59,022 bases of DNA from positions 1 through 59,022 of IMG/VR virus record IMGVR_UViG_3300037195_000370; one strand, given 5' to 3'. The notes beneath the pieces were generated by a model. The model ran no database searches and was not told where the DNA came from. It saw nothing but the letters and a program-made list of their open reading frames with translations. The DNA is from a virus. Lineage: Duplodnaviria > Caudoviricetes. Below are positions 11,301 through 20,191 of the stretch, one piece after another; within the stretch, counting starts at the first letter, position 1; each line of letters begins with the position of its first letter. The translations under genes were made by a program, and so were the position numbers.

Positions 11301-11514
11301 TGAGTCGTAGTCTATTCTCTACGTTAGTGAGAGCATCAGCATATCGCTGAAGCCCGCGAGCGATGCCAGCACCACCAATTACGAATAGAGCTCGCTGGAG
11401 AAGGAAGATCCCGCGAGTTGCGTTATTCGCCGCTTTACCAATTTCGTCAATTCGACGCTTGATTACTCTAGCACCAGATTCTCGAAATCTAATGTTTACA
11501 TTTTCAGTAACCAT
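8350..11514 (-). CDS. Tape measure protein
   Basis: 1054 aa, Ala-rich and helical; ALIQLGQGIASDRLSGDELRSVLEQLP tape-measure motif. Confidence 0.93.
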   Translation of the reverse strand: MVTENVNIRFRESGARVIKRRIDEIGKAANNATRGIFLLQRALFVIGGAGIARGLQRYADALTNVENRLRLTTSSTANLEAAQSQLFDVARRSRSSFQATADVYNRIALSARNLGVGQKQILDVTETLQKAAIISGASAREANAALIQLGQGIASDRLSGDELRSVLEQLPAVADIIVDYLNETQQFGTVTRGTLRELGREGKLTSELIFRAIQSSKSDIDKLFAETQPTIEQAFNVAKTNFLEFLDAFDDATGASAAIANLIIKISENFDVLLTVIGGVAAALAGLFASKVIRSFTSFIAKLRISGGALARLRALQVAYTKAQVASTAAVVNDTRARVANLQQMTARSAAQVRAAQIEYAEAAAAFQNGRARDALTGRFISNAAARDRLTAASIRLANAERVNLGLTTKLTAARTAAAAADNAAAAAATRATAARAAQGGVLTRLSATFPTLAGGARLAGGAVRGLFALLAANPIGAVVTAIGLAVAALFTFGDRIKVTEDGVVSLKDAAIAAFQLIVEAVAPVGRYIRDSLGSAFSFIGEKFNEVGKSIKDFVVRSIEIIFDAFTAVPRFIAGVVAGIIAVWDQLPLALGYIVDQITDFFATGFENIANLGIEAVNEIIRGFNLIADTAVGEKLGLTVKDTLDPVTLDNLRTNFGAGGKEVGEAFTEAFTSTFEGGRVRNVLSRFGDAVIKRARQNIANEEIGTITDSELPPSIPPGSDDGGGSGSGGGTSANFASELSAIQDKIELERMYGVQKEITNNILSIEKNLKRELSEVEAQQVAEATRLLEISKIQGEVLQEILGPQETLRFTQSALNELFAEGAITLEQYNTKLRETQIAADRAANTLGGGFRAAIASSIQSAGQFGETLGNFVVGAAGKAADAIVEFAKTGQFNIRAFFQDLFAQLLRLAAQRLLLQFIGGFLGIPGAGLTGVSGGGTIPGARLGGSILPSFAGGGSLSPTGPGSTDTEIVAFNKRPDERVDILTPGQQAAQNRRLNGMDGTQAAPVVNSTTNVAAVISPSDIVGAFDNSEGETVVVNMIQRNASTIRQIVQG

Positions 11515-11969
11515 TATCTATCCACGAATAAGCGGAAGTTTCGGATCGATGCCCGAGCTTCCACGGTTGATGCTTCAACAGCGCCGCCCACCAACGCTTT
11601 CTGGATATATGATACGTTATTCGTGATATAGATTGCAGTTTTCAAACCGACGCCGCTGATACCTCTCACAGAATTAATTCGCGCATTACCAGCAGCGATC
11701 GCAGCGGCAGCATTCGCACTTTCATTGATTCCCTGACCCAAGGCTTTGGATCCCTTGGGATAGCGAACATAAGGTTCGATAACGGCTGTAGGACGAGCAC
11801 CGATACCGACACGCCAATTAGAACGAGCTACGCCTTTGTCAACTTTCGTATTCAGAACCAATGACCGCAAAGTCCTCCGGGCCATAGTCCTAACCAACTC
11901 AGAAGCAGAGTTTTCAAATTGTCGGCCACGACGACGAATATTTTTCGAAAACTGGAGAGTCGGCATCAC
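11514..11969 (-). CDS. Tail completion protein (HK97 gp10-like)
   Basis: TKVDKGVARSNW and IYITNNVSYI motifs. Confidence 0.7.
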   Translation of the reverse strand: MMPTLQFSKNIRRRGRQFENSASELVRTMARRTLRSLVLNTKVDKGVARSNWRVGIGARPTAVIEPYVRYPKGSKALGQGINESANAAAAIAAGNARINSVRGISGVGLKTAIYITNNVSYIQKALVGGAVEASTVEARASIRNFRLFVDR

Positions 11970-12271
11970 TTGTTCTTCTTTTGAAGGTGCTTGATGTATG
12001 CTTTATCCATTTCAGCGACATGATGGTGCATTGCCGCAGTTTGATCATCGTCTAGTTCTAGAACTTCACAATACTTCTGTATCGCGAGCCACGGAATAGG
12101 ACCGACACCAAAACCGCCGAGTGAACGTGTTGAAGTCAAGTCCAAGAACCCGATATAGTATAGCTCCAGGCCGGGCAAAATACTAGGGGCATTTTGGATG
12201 CGATCAGGTATTGGCAAGCCGCTGCGAACGGCTTGCTTGATGATCTGTTCTTCGATGTGTCCTTGATCCAT
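11966..12271 (-). CDS. Tail assembly chaperone, C-terminal (frameshift, gpT-like) part
   Basis: In the -1 frame of the upstream chaperone via GGGAAAC; GPIPWLAI motif. Confidence 0.8.
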   Translation of the reverse strand: MDQGHIEEQIIKQAVRSGLPIPDRIQNAPSILPGLELYYIGFLDLTSTRSLGGFGVGPIPWLAIQKYCEVLELDDDQTAAMHHHVAEMDKAYIKHLQKKNK

Positions 12272-12291
12272 TTGGTATTCAAGGACAGATA

Positions 12292-12720
12292 CTAGTTTCC
12301 CGATTCTTCCTCTAGTTCTGCTTTCCGAAAGTTAGCGATAGAGTTGGCCTGCTCTTGAATATCAATGAACAGGTTAGGAAGATCGATGAAAACTTGACGA
12401 ACGTTTTCGTAATTGAAGGGCATGATCTGCCCATCACGTGATTCGATACCCTTGACAAGCTCACCCTCTTTCATGGTTTCCCAATCAAGGACAATGGTCT
12501 TGGCGTAGATATCCGACATGATGGACATTGATCGCTCATTTGAAAGAGCGCCAGCCTGCATAGCCTTGCGAACAGGTTTCAAGGCTTTTTCGGCATATTT
12601 CACATATTTCTTGTTACCTTGACCAGCAGATGCGATTTTCACGCGGAAATCGCCATAGTCCAGCCAGATGCCAGAAGTTTCGAGATCCTCATCGGTCTCA
12701 AAAACATCATACATTCCCAT
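12292..12720 (-). CDS. Tail assembly chaperone (gpG-like)
   Basis: Start re-called at MGMYDVFETD (GGAG SD); lies between tail tube and tape measure. Confidence 0.8.
   Translation of the reverse strand: MGMYDVFETDEDLETSGIWLDYGDFRVKIASAGQGNKKYVKYAEKALKPVRKAMQAGALSNERSMSIMSDIYAKTIVLDWETMKEGELVKGIESRDGQIMPFNYENVRQVFIDLPNLFIDIQEQANSIANFRKAELEEESGN
12295..12301 (-). promoter_or_regulatory. Programmed -1 frameshift slippery site G GGA AAC
   Basis: Immediately before the chaperone stop codon; the -1 frame reads GKLVSVLEYQ-MDQGH, open into the next ORF. Confidence 0.85.
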
Positions 12721-12773
12721 ATTCAGTTCTCCAGTATGTTGTGACGGGTGACTAGAAGCCACCCGTCTAGTGG

Positions 12774-14336
12774 TTATGCGGCGCTCGGGACATAATCGAA
12801 GTATGTGATCAGAGCGGTATGATCTAGATCAGTAGAGACGTCTTGACCAGAAGCAGCGTCAGTGGAAAGAGGCAGTGTGATAGGCTGATCAACCTCCACA
12901 TTTAGACGACCATCGCCCAAAGAGATCAGAGGCAGATCGATGATCATTGCCGTGTTATCTTTGACGAACGAGATGTCAAGAGTCACATCAGAGTTGTTCC
13001 TGACGGCTTGGGTCGCTGCAACATTCGAGAAGTAAGCAGTCAGTTCGCCAGATACTTCAAACGTGCCAGCAGTCACATCAAAAGCGCCAAGGACTCCAAC
13101 CGCTTTGTTGGGCGTGACGTTATTGTTGATGTTGATTGTTGCCTCAGTCACATAAGCGAAAAGAGCCGTAGGTGCTTCGTCAACATCTGACACGGCAGCC
13201 AAACGAATACGACCGATGTCACTCGAAGTGTTGTATTCAGTGGCCGCAACAGGATCTTGAACATTCGTCTGCTTAGGACCAGTTGCAGAATCACGTTGTT
13301 CATTGTCAGTCGCAACGAAAGTGAAATCCACAGAAGCAAGATCCGCTTGTGGGATATTGAAAGACACTTCGTTAGGAACAGCACCTTTCAAAACTTCAGA
13401 CTGGATCTGAGAAGGAGAAGCATCGTCAGGAGCACCGAGAGTTCGCTCGATGTTGTAAGTTCGACGACGAATCAGAGAGCCAGTTTCATTGCGAAGAACA
13501 TCGCCGTAGAAAAGACGAATAGTCTTACCAGCGATACCCGCATCACCGACCATCGCAGAATCGGACTTATCGAAAGTGATGCCATCGGTAGCAACCGCTC
13601 GGATACGCTTGAACCCGTTATTCGCTGCGTCACTGAACGAATTTGCAGTTACATCACCTCCAATGTAAACCCATTGACCCGGGACAAGCCCAAGAGTGGT
13701 GAAGTCAGCCAAACCTCCGTTCGAAGTCAAACGAGGAAGATTGCCAGATACGTCGATAACGGCATCAGCGTCATCGAATTCGTAACCAACTACCTTGAGA
13801 ACCGCGTTCGCCGGAGGAGAAGCTTCTGCGACTAGCTGACCATCAGCAACTTCTACCGAAATATTTGCAACGATTGCAGTCACTTTGTTGACGGCATTGT
13901 TCGCAGCGTTGACGAAATTCTTACCCATGACGAGATTACCGACCAGATAGCCGGAAGTATCAGCGATTTCGTATTCGTCTGGGTTGACCGTATCGGTATC
14001 AACAGCAGTTACAGTCTCTTCTGCTTGGGCACGAATATCAGCGAAGAACACACCCTGCATCATATCGCTGAGATTCTCATAGGTGAGACTATGATTAAAT
14101 CCACCAGAAGCATTGAGATCCGTAGTCACACCTTTACGTCGTTGACGAGAAGGGTTGATCGGATTGGGTGCTACAGTGATGATTTCACCGCCAAAATCGC
14201 TATAGCTGTTCGGGTTCAGTCGTTTCCAGACTGGTGTGCCGCCAAGACCCCCTTCACCGGGCAGAAGGCCGAGAGAGGCTTCTTCCGCATAAGCGAGGCC
14301 GGTGATATTGGAGTCGATCTTAGGGACCTGTGCCAT
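12774..14336 (-). CDS. Major tail tube protein
   Basis: 520 aa; KIDSNITGL, PNSYSDFGG and RQRRKGVTTDL motifs of YuA-like tail tubes. Confidence 0.88.
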   Translation of the reverse strand: MAQVPKIDSNITGLAYAEEASLGLLPGEGGLGGTPVWKRLNPNSYSDFGGEIITVAPNPINPSRQRRKGVTTDLNASGGFNHSLTYENLSDMMQGVFFADIRAQAEETVTAVDTDTVNPDEYEIADTSGYLVGNLVMGKNFVNAANNAVNKVTAIVANISVEVADGQLVAEASPPANAVLKVVGYEFDDADAVIDVSGNLPRLTSNGGLADFTTLGLVPGQWVYIGGDVTANSFSDAANNGFKRIRAVATDGITFDKSDSAMVGDAGIAGKTIRLFYGDVLRNETGSLIRRRTYNIERTLGAPDDASPSQIQSEVLKGAVPNEVSFNIPQADLASVDFTFVATDNEQRDSATGPKQTNVQDPVAATEYNTSSDIGRIRLAAVSDVDEAPTALFAYVTEATININNNVTPNKAVGVLGAFDVTAGTFEVSGELTAYFSNVAATQAVRNNSDVTLDISFVKDNTAMIIDLPLISLGDGRLNVEVDQPITLPLSTDAASGQDVSTDLDHTALITYFDYVPSAA

Positions 14337-14348
14337 TCCTGGCCTCCT

Positions 14349-14765
14349 TTACTTCGTTTCATGATATTCGAAATCAATGACTACATTAGTCTGGAAGAAA
14401 GTTCCTTCTCTACCTAATTCATTGATTCGAACGTTGCGGAACCATATTCCATTTGGTGACGATACACCTTCATAGGCATCTGACACGACTTTAGCCAAGT
14501 TATAGCCTTCTGACAAGCCAGAACTTGATGGAGTATTGATAGTGACGACAATCGTTCCTAAGCGAAGAAATTGTCTGTTTCCTATTCCGCCTAAAGTATC
14601 TTGTTGTCCAGCCGCATGTCGAACAACGACCGTCGCCCATGGCGACTGATCAATCTCTCTTTGGTCACGAACTGCTTCCCAGAACATCTTGTGACCAGTG
14701 GTATCCCACGCTGTCTTCAGAATAGACAGCATTTCATCGTTAGCTTCTTTGTAAGTCAAGCTCAT
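14349..14765 (-). CDS. Tail terminator protein
   Basis: Position before the tail tube; GIWFRNVRINE motif. Confidence 0.7.
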   Translation of the reverse strand: MSLTYKEANDEMLSILKTAWDTTGHKMFWEAVRDQREIDQSPWATVVVRHAAGQQDTLGGIGNRQFLRLGTIVVTINTPSSSGLSEGYNLAKVVSDAYEGVSSPNGIWFRNVRINELGREGTFFQTNVVIDFEYHETK

Positions 14766-15157
14766 CGACGAACTCCAATGTAGCCGACGAGAGTAACGTC
14801 CTTGGGTTTCAGCTCTTGTGTCGCTTCTATTTGGAAATCAATGCCATTATCACGAACAAAAGTAAATTGAGAAAGATCATTCTCTCCAGGGAAAACCACA
14901 TAGACAAGCTCGCTATAAGTCACCAAGCCACGAAATTCATTTGCATCACCGAGAGCGGACAACCCAAAGATGCGAACGGAATTAGGGAGGAGTTGAACAC
15001 CGGGCACGTCTAGGGTTGTCTCGCCCCCCGAAGGACCGTTCCAAGGCTGAGTTGGATCTGCGGGAGATTCTGTTGGTCTGACGAGAGTGATTGTTCGACC
15101 AGCATCAGTGATTAGTCTCTGAGCAGTAGCAGCGAGTTTTGCATAGTCGATCGCCAT
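14762..15157 (-). CDS. Head closure / head-tail joining protein
   Basis: AQRLITDAGRTITL...PTQPW; synteny. Confidence 0.7.
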   Translation of the reverse strand: MAIDYAKLAATAQRLITDAGRTITLVRPTESPADPTQPWNGPSGGETTLDVPGVQLLPNSVRIFGLSALGDANEFRGLVTYSELVYVVFPGENDLSQFTFVRDNGIDFQIEATQELKPKDVTLVGYIGVRR

Positions 15158-15675
15158 TATCTGATAACGCCTCCAACACTGGTCGTCCAGAAAGTTAGGA
15201 GTCTGTCAGCAGCAGGATAAGGACGAATAATATCAGGACGAGCAGATCCATCTTGGTATTCTACTTCTGTCTCGATAGGTCCGACTTTCTCAAAAGTCTT
15301 CTTCAAAGCTTTTGCACTATCTGATACAGTAGGATCAGGCAGTAGATCTGCAGAAAGAGCCCGAACAGCATACTCACAAACAGCTTTCTTTACGTCCTCA
15401 GGAATTCCAGTTTCGAGTTCTCCCTTACGGTTATAGAGATATTGACGAGGAAATGAAAGAGTTGTTGCTTCTGGGGCAAGAATACCCTTCCACTTGTCTC
15501 TGAACCTTATTTCAACATAGTCAGTGGCTTTGACAAGTGCTATTTCCTTAGAAGACGTATCTGCAGAACTCCAACCAGAGTTTGCACGATCTAGAAAATA
15601 TGCGTCAGCATATGCAACGTCAACATAAGAGTTGGCGTCTGCAATTCCTGTTCCGTCTTCTACAATGAAAGCCAT
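15157..15675 (-). CDS. Head-tail adaptor (DnaT-like ssDNA-binding fold family)
   Basis: FIVEDGTG..ANSY, ALVKATDY, LSFPR and KVGPIETEY motifs. Confidence 0.8.
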   Translation of the reverse strand: MAFIVEDGTGIADANSYVDVAYADAYFLDRANSGWSSADTSSKEIALVKATDYVEIRFRDKWKGILAPEATTLSFPRQYLYNRKGELETGIPEDVKKAVCEYAVRALSADLLPDPTVSDSAKALKKTFEKVGPIETEVEYQDGSARPDIIRPYPAADRLLTFWTTSVGGVIR

Positions 15676-15677
15676 TA

Positions 15678-16451
15678 TTACAGATCCGTGAAGTTTCCGG
15701 CAACGACATCCAAAGGAGTCGGGACCAATCCTAGGTTATCGCCAGAATTGATATCAGCAGCAGTGAGATCACCACCGAGCCAGATGTCTGGAGTTGGAAG
15801 TGAAGACAAATCTTTCGGTTGTCCAGATTCATCAGCGAAAGAACTGTATCCTTGTGGGTTATCAGTGCAATGAACCCAAAGATCACCGAAATCACCAATG
15901 AAGGGTTGAGTTCCGTTAGTGAGAGAGAATAGGTTCAAAGTAGAGTTGAGGGCACAGTCTCCACCAGAATTCACACTGACGTTTAGTCCACTTCCGGGAG
16001 TCAGAGAAACACCGTCAAGTCTGAAATCGTAAGTTTGAGTTTGTGCGTCATACTGAAAATACAGATGATAATCCACACCTTCCGAAGTCGCATCAGTAGT
16101 GGTCGCATCGAATATTCGAAGATTACCACTACTATGAACTTCGATCGTAATAGTTCCGCTAGAGTTTATCAAGACCTGAGTATCGTTAAGCTCAGAGAAA
16201 ATTCTCATAGAGCTTCCACTGGCTGACCTTTTGAACCAGAAAGAGAATTCGAAATATCTCGAAGAAACCGTGTAACCAGTTTTCTGGATATTAGACCCAA
16301 CTAGATCCTGATATCTATTTTGCGAGTATGTCGCAGGACCGCTAGAACCGCCCTGCAAGCGCCGCAAGCGCCGCTTGCGGGCATAGTATAGGGCAGCCCG
16401 CAAAAGGGCGCTCTGAGGGCCTCTGAGGCGTTCTGAGCGCGGCATTACCAT
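15678..16451 (-). CDS. Putative virion protein with concanavalin A/LamG-like domain
   Basis: FSFWFKR, YHLYFQYD and FIGDFGDLW beta-sandwich motifs. Confidence 0.5.
   Translation of the reverse strand: MVMPRSERLRGPQSALLRAALYYARKRRLRRLQGGSSGPATYSQNRYQDLVGSNIQKTGYTVSSRYFEFSFWFKRSASGSSMRIFSELNDTQVLINSSGTITIEVHSSGNLRIFDATTTDATSEGVDYHLYFQYDAQTQTYDFRLDGVSLTPGSGLNVSVNSGGDCALNSTLNLFSLTNGTQPFIGDFGDLWVHCTDNPQGYSSFADESGQPKDLSSLPTPDIWLGGDLTAADINSGDNLGLVPTPLDVVAGNFTDL
16346..16440. repeat. Dispersed GC-rich element; (C/T)TCTGAG x3 at 10-bp period
   Basis: ctctgagggc ctctgaggcg ttctgagcgc at 16411-16440, beside a TC/GA-free core. Confidence 0.6.
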
Positions 16452-17098
16452 TAGCGCACCGGGCGTTGGCCACCACGGCCAGTCTTTCGCGCAAAAGCTT
16501 TGTCAATAGCAGCTCGAGGATCCAGCTTGGCGATGTCAGAAGGCTTCAGTCCACCAAGGATTTCTTGAATCTGCTTAGACTTCTTCATTCGATTATTGAA
16601 AGAAGATTGAATGTAAGCCTTGATCGCTTCCTGATTGGTCATATCGGGAATAAGCTGCTTGATCCACGAAGAAGTCGTAGCTCGGCAAAGCTTCACTTTC
16701 CGCTTCATCTCTTGAAGCTGCTTTTCTTTCTCTTCGATGATTTGAAGCTGCTTAGTCAGAATATCCATCACTTGAGGAAGAAGCTTAGGATCCATCTTCT
16801 TCAGAAAGTTCTCGACCAGTTCTGAAGGATCCATGGGCTCTTCTACAGAGAAATCTTCAAGAAGAGAGATGTCGATCATCTCTTCCTCTTCTTCTTGTTC
16901 TTGCTCCTCTTCTTGTTTCTCACTGAGATCCATGTTCTCTCGCGTGAATTTTGGAGCAGCGTCGATGATTTCTTGACGGCTTACTTTACGACCAATGATT
17001 TCAGTGACAGCGGCAGTCGCAGGAGCACCATCGGCAGTCCAGTGAGAATCTTCCATCGAGTCGAGTTGAGCGAGTGCTTCTTTGATTTCCATTTCCAT
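16451..17098 (-). CDS. Hypothetical head-region protein
   Basis: 215 aa; HWTADGAP motif, acidic linker, coiled coil. Confidence 0.7.
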   Translation of the reverse strand: MEMEIKEALAQLDSMEDSHWTADGAPATAAVTEIIGRKVSRQEIIDAAPKFTRENMDLSEKQEEEQEQEEEEEMIDISLLEDFSVEEPMDPSELVENFLKKMDPKLLPQVMDILTKQLQIIEEKEKQLQEMKRKVKLCRATTSSWIKQLIPDMTNQEAIKAYIQSSFNNRMKKSKQIQEILGGLKPSDIAKLDPRAAIDKAFARKTGRGGQRPVR

Positions 17099-17100
17099 TT

Positions 17101-17622
17101 TCAGATCCTTGTGATAACATATTCAATTCGATTGATCGTGCATGGCGCAGTTGCCTTCATCAAGATTTTGGCACCATTTGCTTCCCACGTATCTAGCGTG
17201 TAGCCAAACCATGTCACATTTACGTCATTCATGCCATCACCTCTTTGTTTGACTTGAAGATCATGAGGCAGAATTATGATTGGGCTATCATCGGTTCCTA
17301 TATCAAGAGCAACTGTTGCAGATCTTTCTCTGTCTCTGTTTTTGCCCCTATCAGCAGGAAGTAGAAAACCAATTCGAAGAGAAATCAGAATTAGACGACC
17401 ACTAATACCTGGAATTTTTCCATCAACATACAGAGGATCTTGTTCACTGAGAAAAGTTTTTGGACCACCTAGTCCATCATTGATCAGACGAACCCAAACA
17501 TCTTCATCAATTTCATAATCTGGACCCAAGTGGAAATAGGCTCCCCAAAGTGGGAAGGCTCCGGTTTCTTTCGTGAGCAAGTCGAGGTTATTGCTCAGGC
17601 TTCTTTTGAGACCTTTGACCAT
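17101..17622 (-). CDS. Hypothetical, possibly virion (head) protein
   Basis: 173 aa, translationally coupled in the head operon. Confidence 0.65.
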   Translation of the reverse strand: MVKGLKRSLSNNLDLLTKETGAFPLWGAYFHLGPDYEIDEDVWVRLINDGLGGPKTFLSEQDPLYVDGKIPGISGRLILISLRIGFLLPADRGKNRDRERSATVALDIGTDDSPIIILPHDLQVKQRGDGMNDVNVTWFGYTLDTWEANGAKILMKATAPCTINRIEYVITRI

Positions 17623-17996
17623 TAATCGAGAATTGTCATGACCAATGTGCCGGTTCCATCATCAGTGAAAGCGACAGTGTTTGTTCCAGCGGCGGCATCA
17701 GCTTTTGTTGGATGGAGAGTGTAGAGGTTAAGTCCCGCATCTGCGATCCAATACAGAACACCTGTATCTAGTTCAGCGGGTAGAGAACCTTCAAGGATAA
17801 CTCGTGGATTATCGGCGGCTAGATTGTCTTCACCAGCCACAGTGAGCTGATTCGTCAAATTGTCTGCCGTGAAAACGTATGTCGGTTTCGCACCTGGAAC
17901 AATGCCCAACGAGAGGGCATCTTTCGTATGATCAAGACGATCACGAGCAAGACCGTCTAATTCACGATGACGAAGGTGGCGCATTCTGGCTGTCAT
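17622..17996 (-). CDS. Virion structural protein (head decoration-like)
   Basis: GGAGG SD; directly after the capsid gene; LHPTKADAAAGTN motif. Confidence 0.65.
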   Translation of the reverse strand: MTARMRHLRHRELDGLARDRLDHTKDALSLGIVPGAKPTYVFTADNLTNQLTVAGEDNLAADNPRVILEGSLPAELDTGVLYWIADAGLNLYTLHPTKADAAAGTNTVAFTDDGTGTLVMTILD

Positions 17997-18017
17997 TTGG
18001 ATACCTCCAGATGTGAA

Positions 18018-18041
18018 GGAGGGCGACCGAAGCCGCCCTCC
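18018..18041 (-). terminator. Stem-loop after the major capsid gene
   Basis: GGAGGGCGGC-TTCG-GTCGCCCTCC with a weak U tail. Confidence 0.65.
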
Positions 18042-18047
18042 AAGAAG

Positions 18048-19106
18048 TTACGCTTCGCGGGTAACGAGACGAGCGAACTTGATCTGCTTCCGCTCGGGAT
18101 ACACGCGATTCCACGAAGAAGCTTCATCAAGATCATCGCCAGCGGTGCCAGTATTCGCGGGACCACCATCGCCAGCGGTGCCGACCCATGCGTGACCAGT
18201 CGGGTGAATCGTCCACATAACGCGCGAGTAGAGCACGTCTTGACCACCACCATTACCACCGCCCGGCTTGCGATCAACTTCGGTGGCGACGGGAGGAGTG
18301 CCAACACCAAATTGAGTCGCACCAGAGCCGAAGATCCAGGTGTCATACACCGAACCAGTTCGCGGCAGACCATCGTCAACGATAACTTCACGGCCAAGGA
18401 AGGTCGGGATGGTGATTTCCCCACGAGCATCCGGAATGAAGTCGATCAGGTTGTTCTTCTGCATCCGGTTGTAGACGACAGAGTGAACAGCCACAGCGAC
18501 AAGATCCTCTTGGGAATCACCCATCGTCTGAGCAGCGTCGAGGAACGCTTCGGCAGAGAAGTTGGTCACGCCATCGACGAAGCTTGCGCCCGAGATATCG
18601 TTGACATAATCTCCCGAGTCGTTGAGAGTATTGTCAGCGATAACACCGTTCCAAGTTGCGATGAAAGCTGCTTGGAGACGACGAGCCCAATACGAAGCAA
18701 CACGATTCGCGATTGCTTGCATCGGATCAGCGCCAGCAAGAATCGCAGCAAGGTCACTCGAAGACCAGGAGTTGTTGCGATTCAGTCGAACGGCGATTTC
18801 TTTCTGGGTCAGAATCTTCCGCGGGTCGGGCGGTCGAGCCACACCAGCCGGAAGAGAAGCGTCAGCATCTGCAAACGGAACCGAGGTATCAGTCGATACG
18901 CGATCTTCGTCGTTGTCGAGATCACGGAACGAAGGAACCTGGAAAGTGATGCCACCACCAGAGAGAAGATTGTCAAGAGCTTCGGAGCGAGCAAGCAGAC
19001 CAGATTGAACAAGTCGGCTCTTTTCTTCCGTAAGAACTTGAGTGTAGGGAGTAAAGACTTCGGGGACAACGAGGTCGCTCACCCGAGTCGTAGGTCCTGC
19101 TGCCAT
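18048..19106 (-). CDS. Major capsid protein
   Basis: TRVSDLVVPEVFTPY, EKSRLVQSG, GADPMQAIANRV and WNRVYPERKQI motifs of YuA-like coat proteins. Confidence 0.93.
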   Translation of the reverse strand: MAAGPTTRVSDLVVPEVFTPYTQVLTEEKSRLVQSGLLARSEALDNLLSGGGITFQVPSFRDLDNDEDRVSTDTSVPFADADASLPAGVARPPDPRKILTQKEIAVRLNRNNSWSSSDLAAILAGADPMQAIANRVASYWARRLQAAFIATWNGVIADNTLNDSGDYVNDISGASFVDGVTNFSAEAFLDAAQTMGDSQEDLVAVAVHSVVYNRMQKNNLIDFIPDARGEITIPTFLGREVIVDDGLPRTGSVYDTWIFGSGATQFGVGTPPVATEVDRKPGGGNGGGQDVLYSRVMWTIHPTGHAWVGTAGDGGPANTGTAGDDLDEASSWNRVYPERKQIKFARLVTREA

Positions 19107-19183
19107 GAGTTAAACCTTTCTTGGCAATTTTGAGGGGAGAGCGACCCATGTCGCTGAAATGCGATGACATCACGTCACGCATC

Positions 19184-19212
19184 ACCATAGGGTGATGCAA
19201 GAAAGATTGCAA
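19184..19212 (-). promoter_or_regulatory. sigma70-like promoter for the capsid gene
   Basis: TTGCAA-N17-TATGGT; the -10 lies in the hairpin GCATCACC-CTAT-GGTGATGC. Confidence 0.5.
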
Positions 19213-19336
19213 CAGGGTTTTTTGTGGGAGTGCGCCCCGGCGAAAGGTGGGGTTTTCACCGGGGCGCGGGGCTTGCGGCGGGCTACCATACCAGCGCCAC
19301 AATACCTTGTAACGCAAAGAAAAAGCGTTTGCAAGT

Positions 19337-20173
19337 CTATTTGTTCGGTTCGGGAGGTCTTGTTGCTCCAACGAAAGAACCAACGGATTTTGCAGCTTCT
19401 TGAGCTTTCGACATTCCGTTCTGCTTGATATATTCGCCTTGTTTGGTGATAGACCAGCCGTTTTTCGACCACGGGTTGTCTTCAGAGTCGCCTGTTCCCT
19501 TGCTGCCTCCAGCGCCACCACCTTGCGATTGAGGCCACCAGTGAGGACGCAGCTTCTGCATCTCTTTCATGAATTGGCGAATATCTGCACCCGGAGTCAC
19601 GCCATTCGCATCCGCTTTGACAATAAACTCACCAGTGGTCTCATCACGTTCAAGATAAAGACCAGCGACAAGCTCGACATCAGCGATTGCAGTCGGCAGA
19701 ACCTTCATTTCAGTAGCCACAGAACGAATAGCGTCATTACGATCGCGAGTTACGAGCGTATTCTTCAGTTTTTCGTTCTCAGACTTGAGTTCTTCCAAAT
19801 TGGAGGTTGTTTCTTTGAGCTGACGTTCAAGAGGAGCAGTTTTCTGACCGAGACGCTGCTCTACAAGCTTTTGAATCGCAGATTCATCAAGCTTTCCCTC
19901 AGCGGCAGCTTCCAATTCGCCAATTCGATCAAGCTTCGCCTGGATTTCAGCAGGATCTTCACCCAAAGCCTTCCAAGGCTTCAGGGCTTCGCGAGCAGCA
20001 GAGTGATTTTCACGCTCTTTTCGCAATGCCTCCTGCACATTCAAGACGTCTTGAGGAGTCTTGATTCCAGAGATTCCTGTTAGAACTGCTTTCCCATCTT
20101 TTTCGCTATAAAGTGAACGAAATTCCTCAGGAACAGCATCCATGCTGTCATAATTGATTTCGAGCGGATCCAT
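19337..20173 (-). CDS. Capsid scaffolding protein
   Basis: Coiled coil; RPHWWPQSQGGGAGG...NPW C-terminus; between portal and capsid genes. Confidence 0.82.
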   Translation of the reverse strand: MDPLEINYDSMDAVPEEFRSLYSEKDGKAVLTGISGIKTPQDVLNVQEALRKERENHSAAREALKPWKALGEDPAEIQAKLDRIGELEAAAEGKLDESAIQKLVEQRLGQKTAPLERQLKETTSNLEELKSENEKLKNTLVTRDRNDAIRSVATEMKVLPTAIADVELVAGLYLERDETTGEFIVKADANGVTPGADIRQFMKEMQKLRPHWWPQSQGGGAGGSKGTGDSEDNPWSKNGWSITKQGEYIKQNGMSKAQEAAKSVGSFVGATRPPEPNK

Positions 20174-20191
20174 GTCCGTTCTATCTCCTTT

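Noticed and set aside
17967-19133. 388-aa plus-strand ORF and many other long antisense ORFs (e.g. 19400..20083, 20238..20894)
   Set aside because: They are shadows of well-supported minus-strand genes, with no motifs or RBS.
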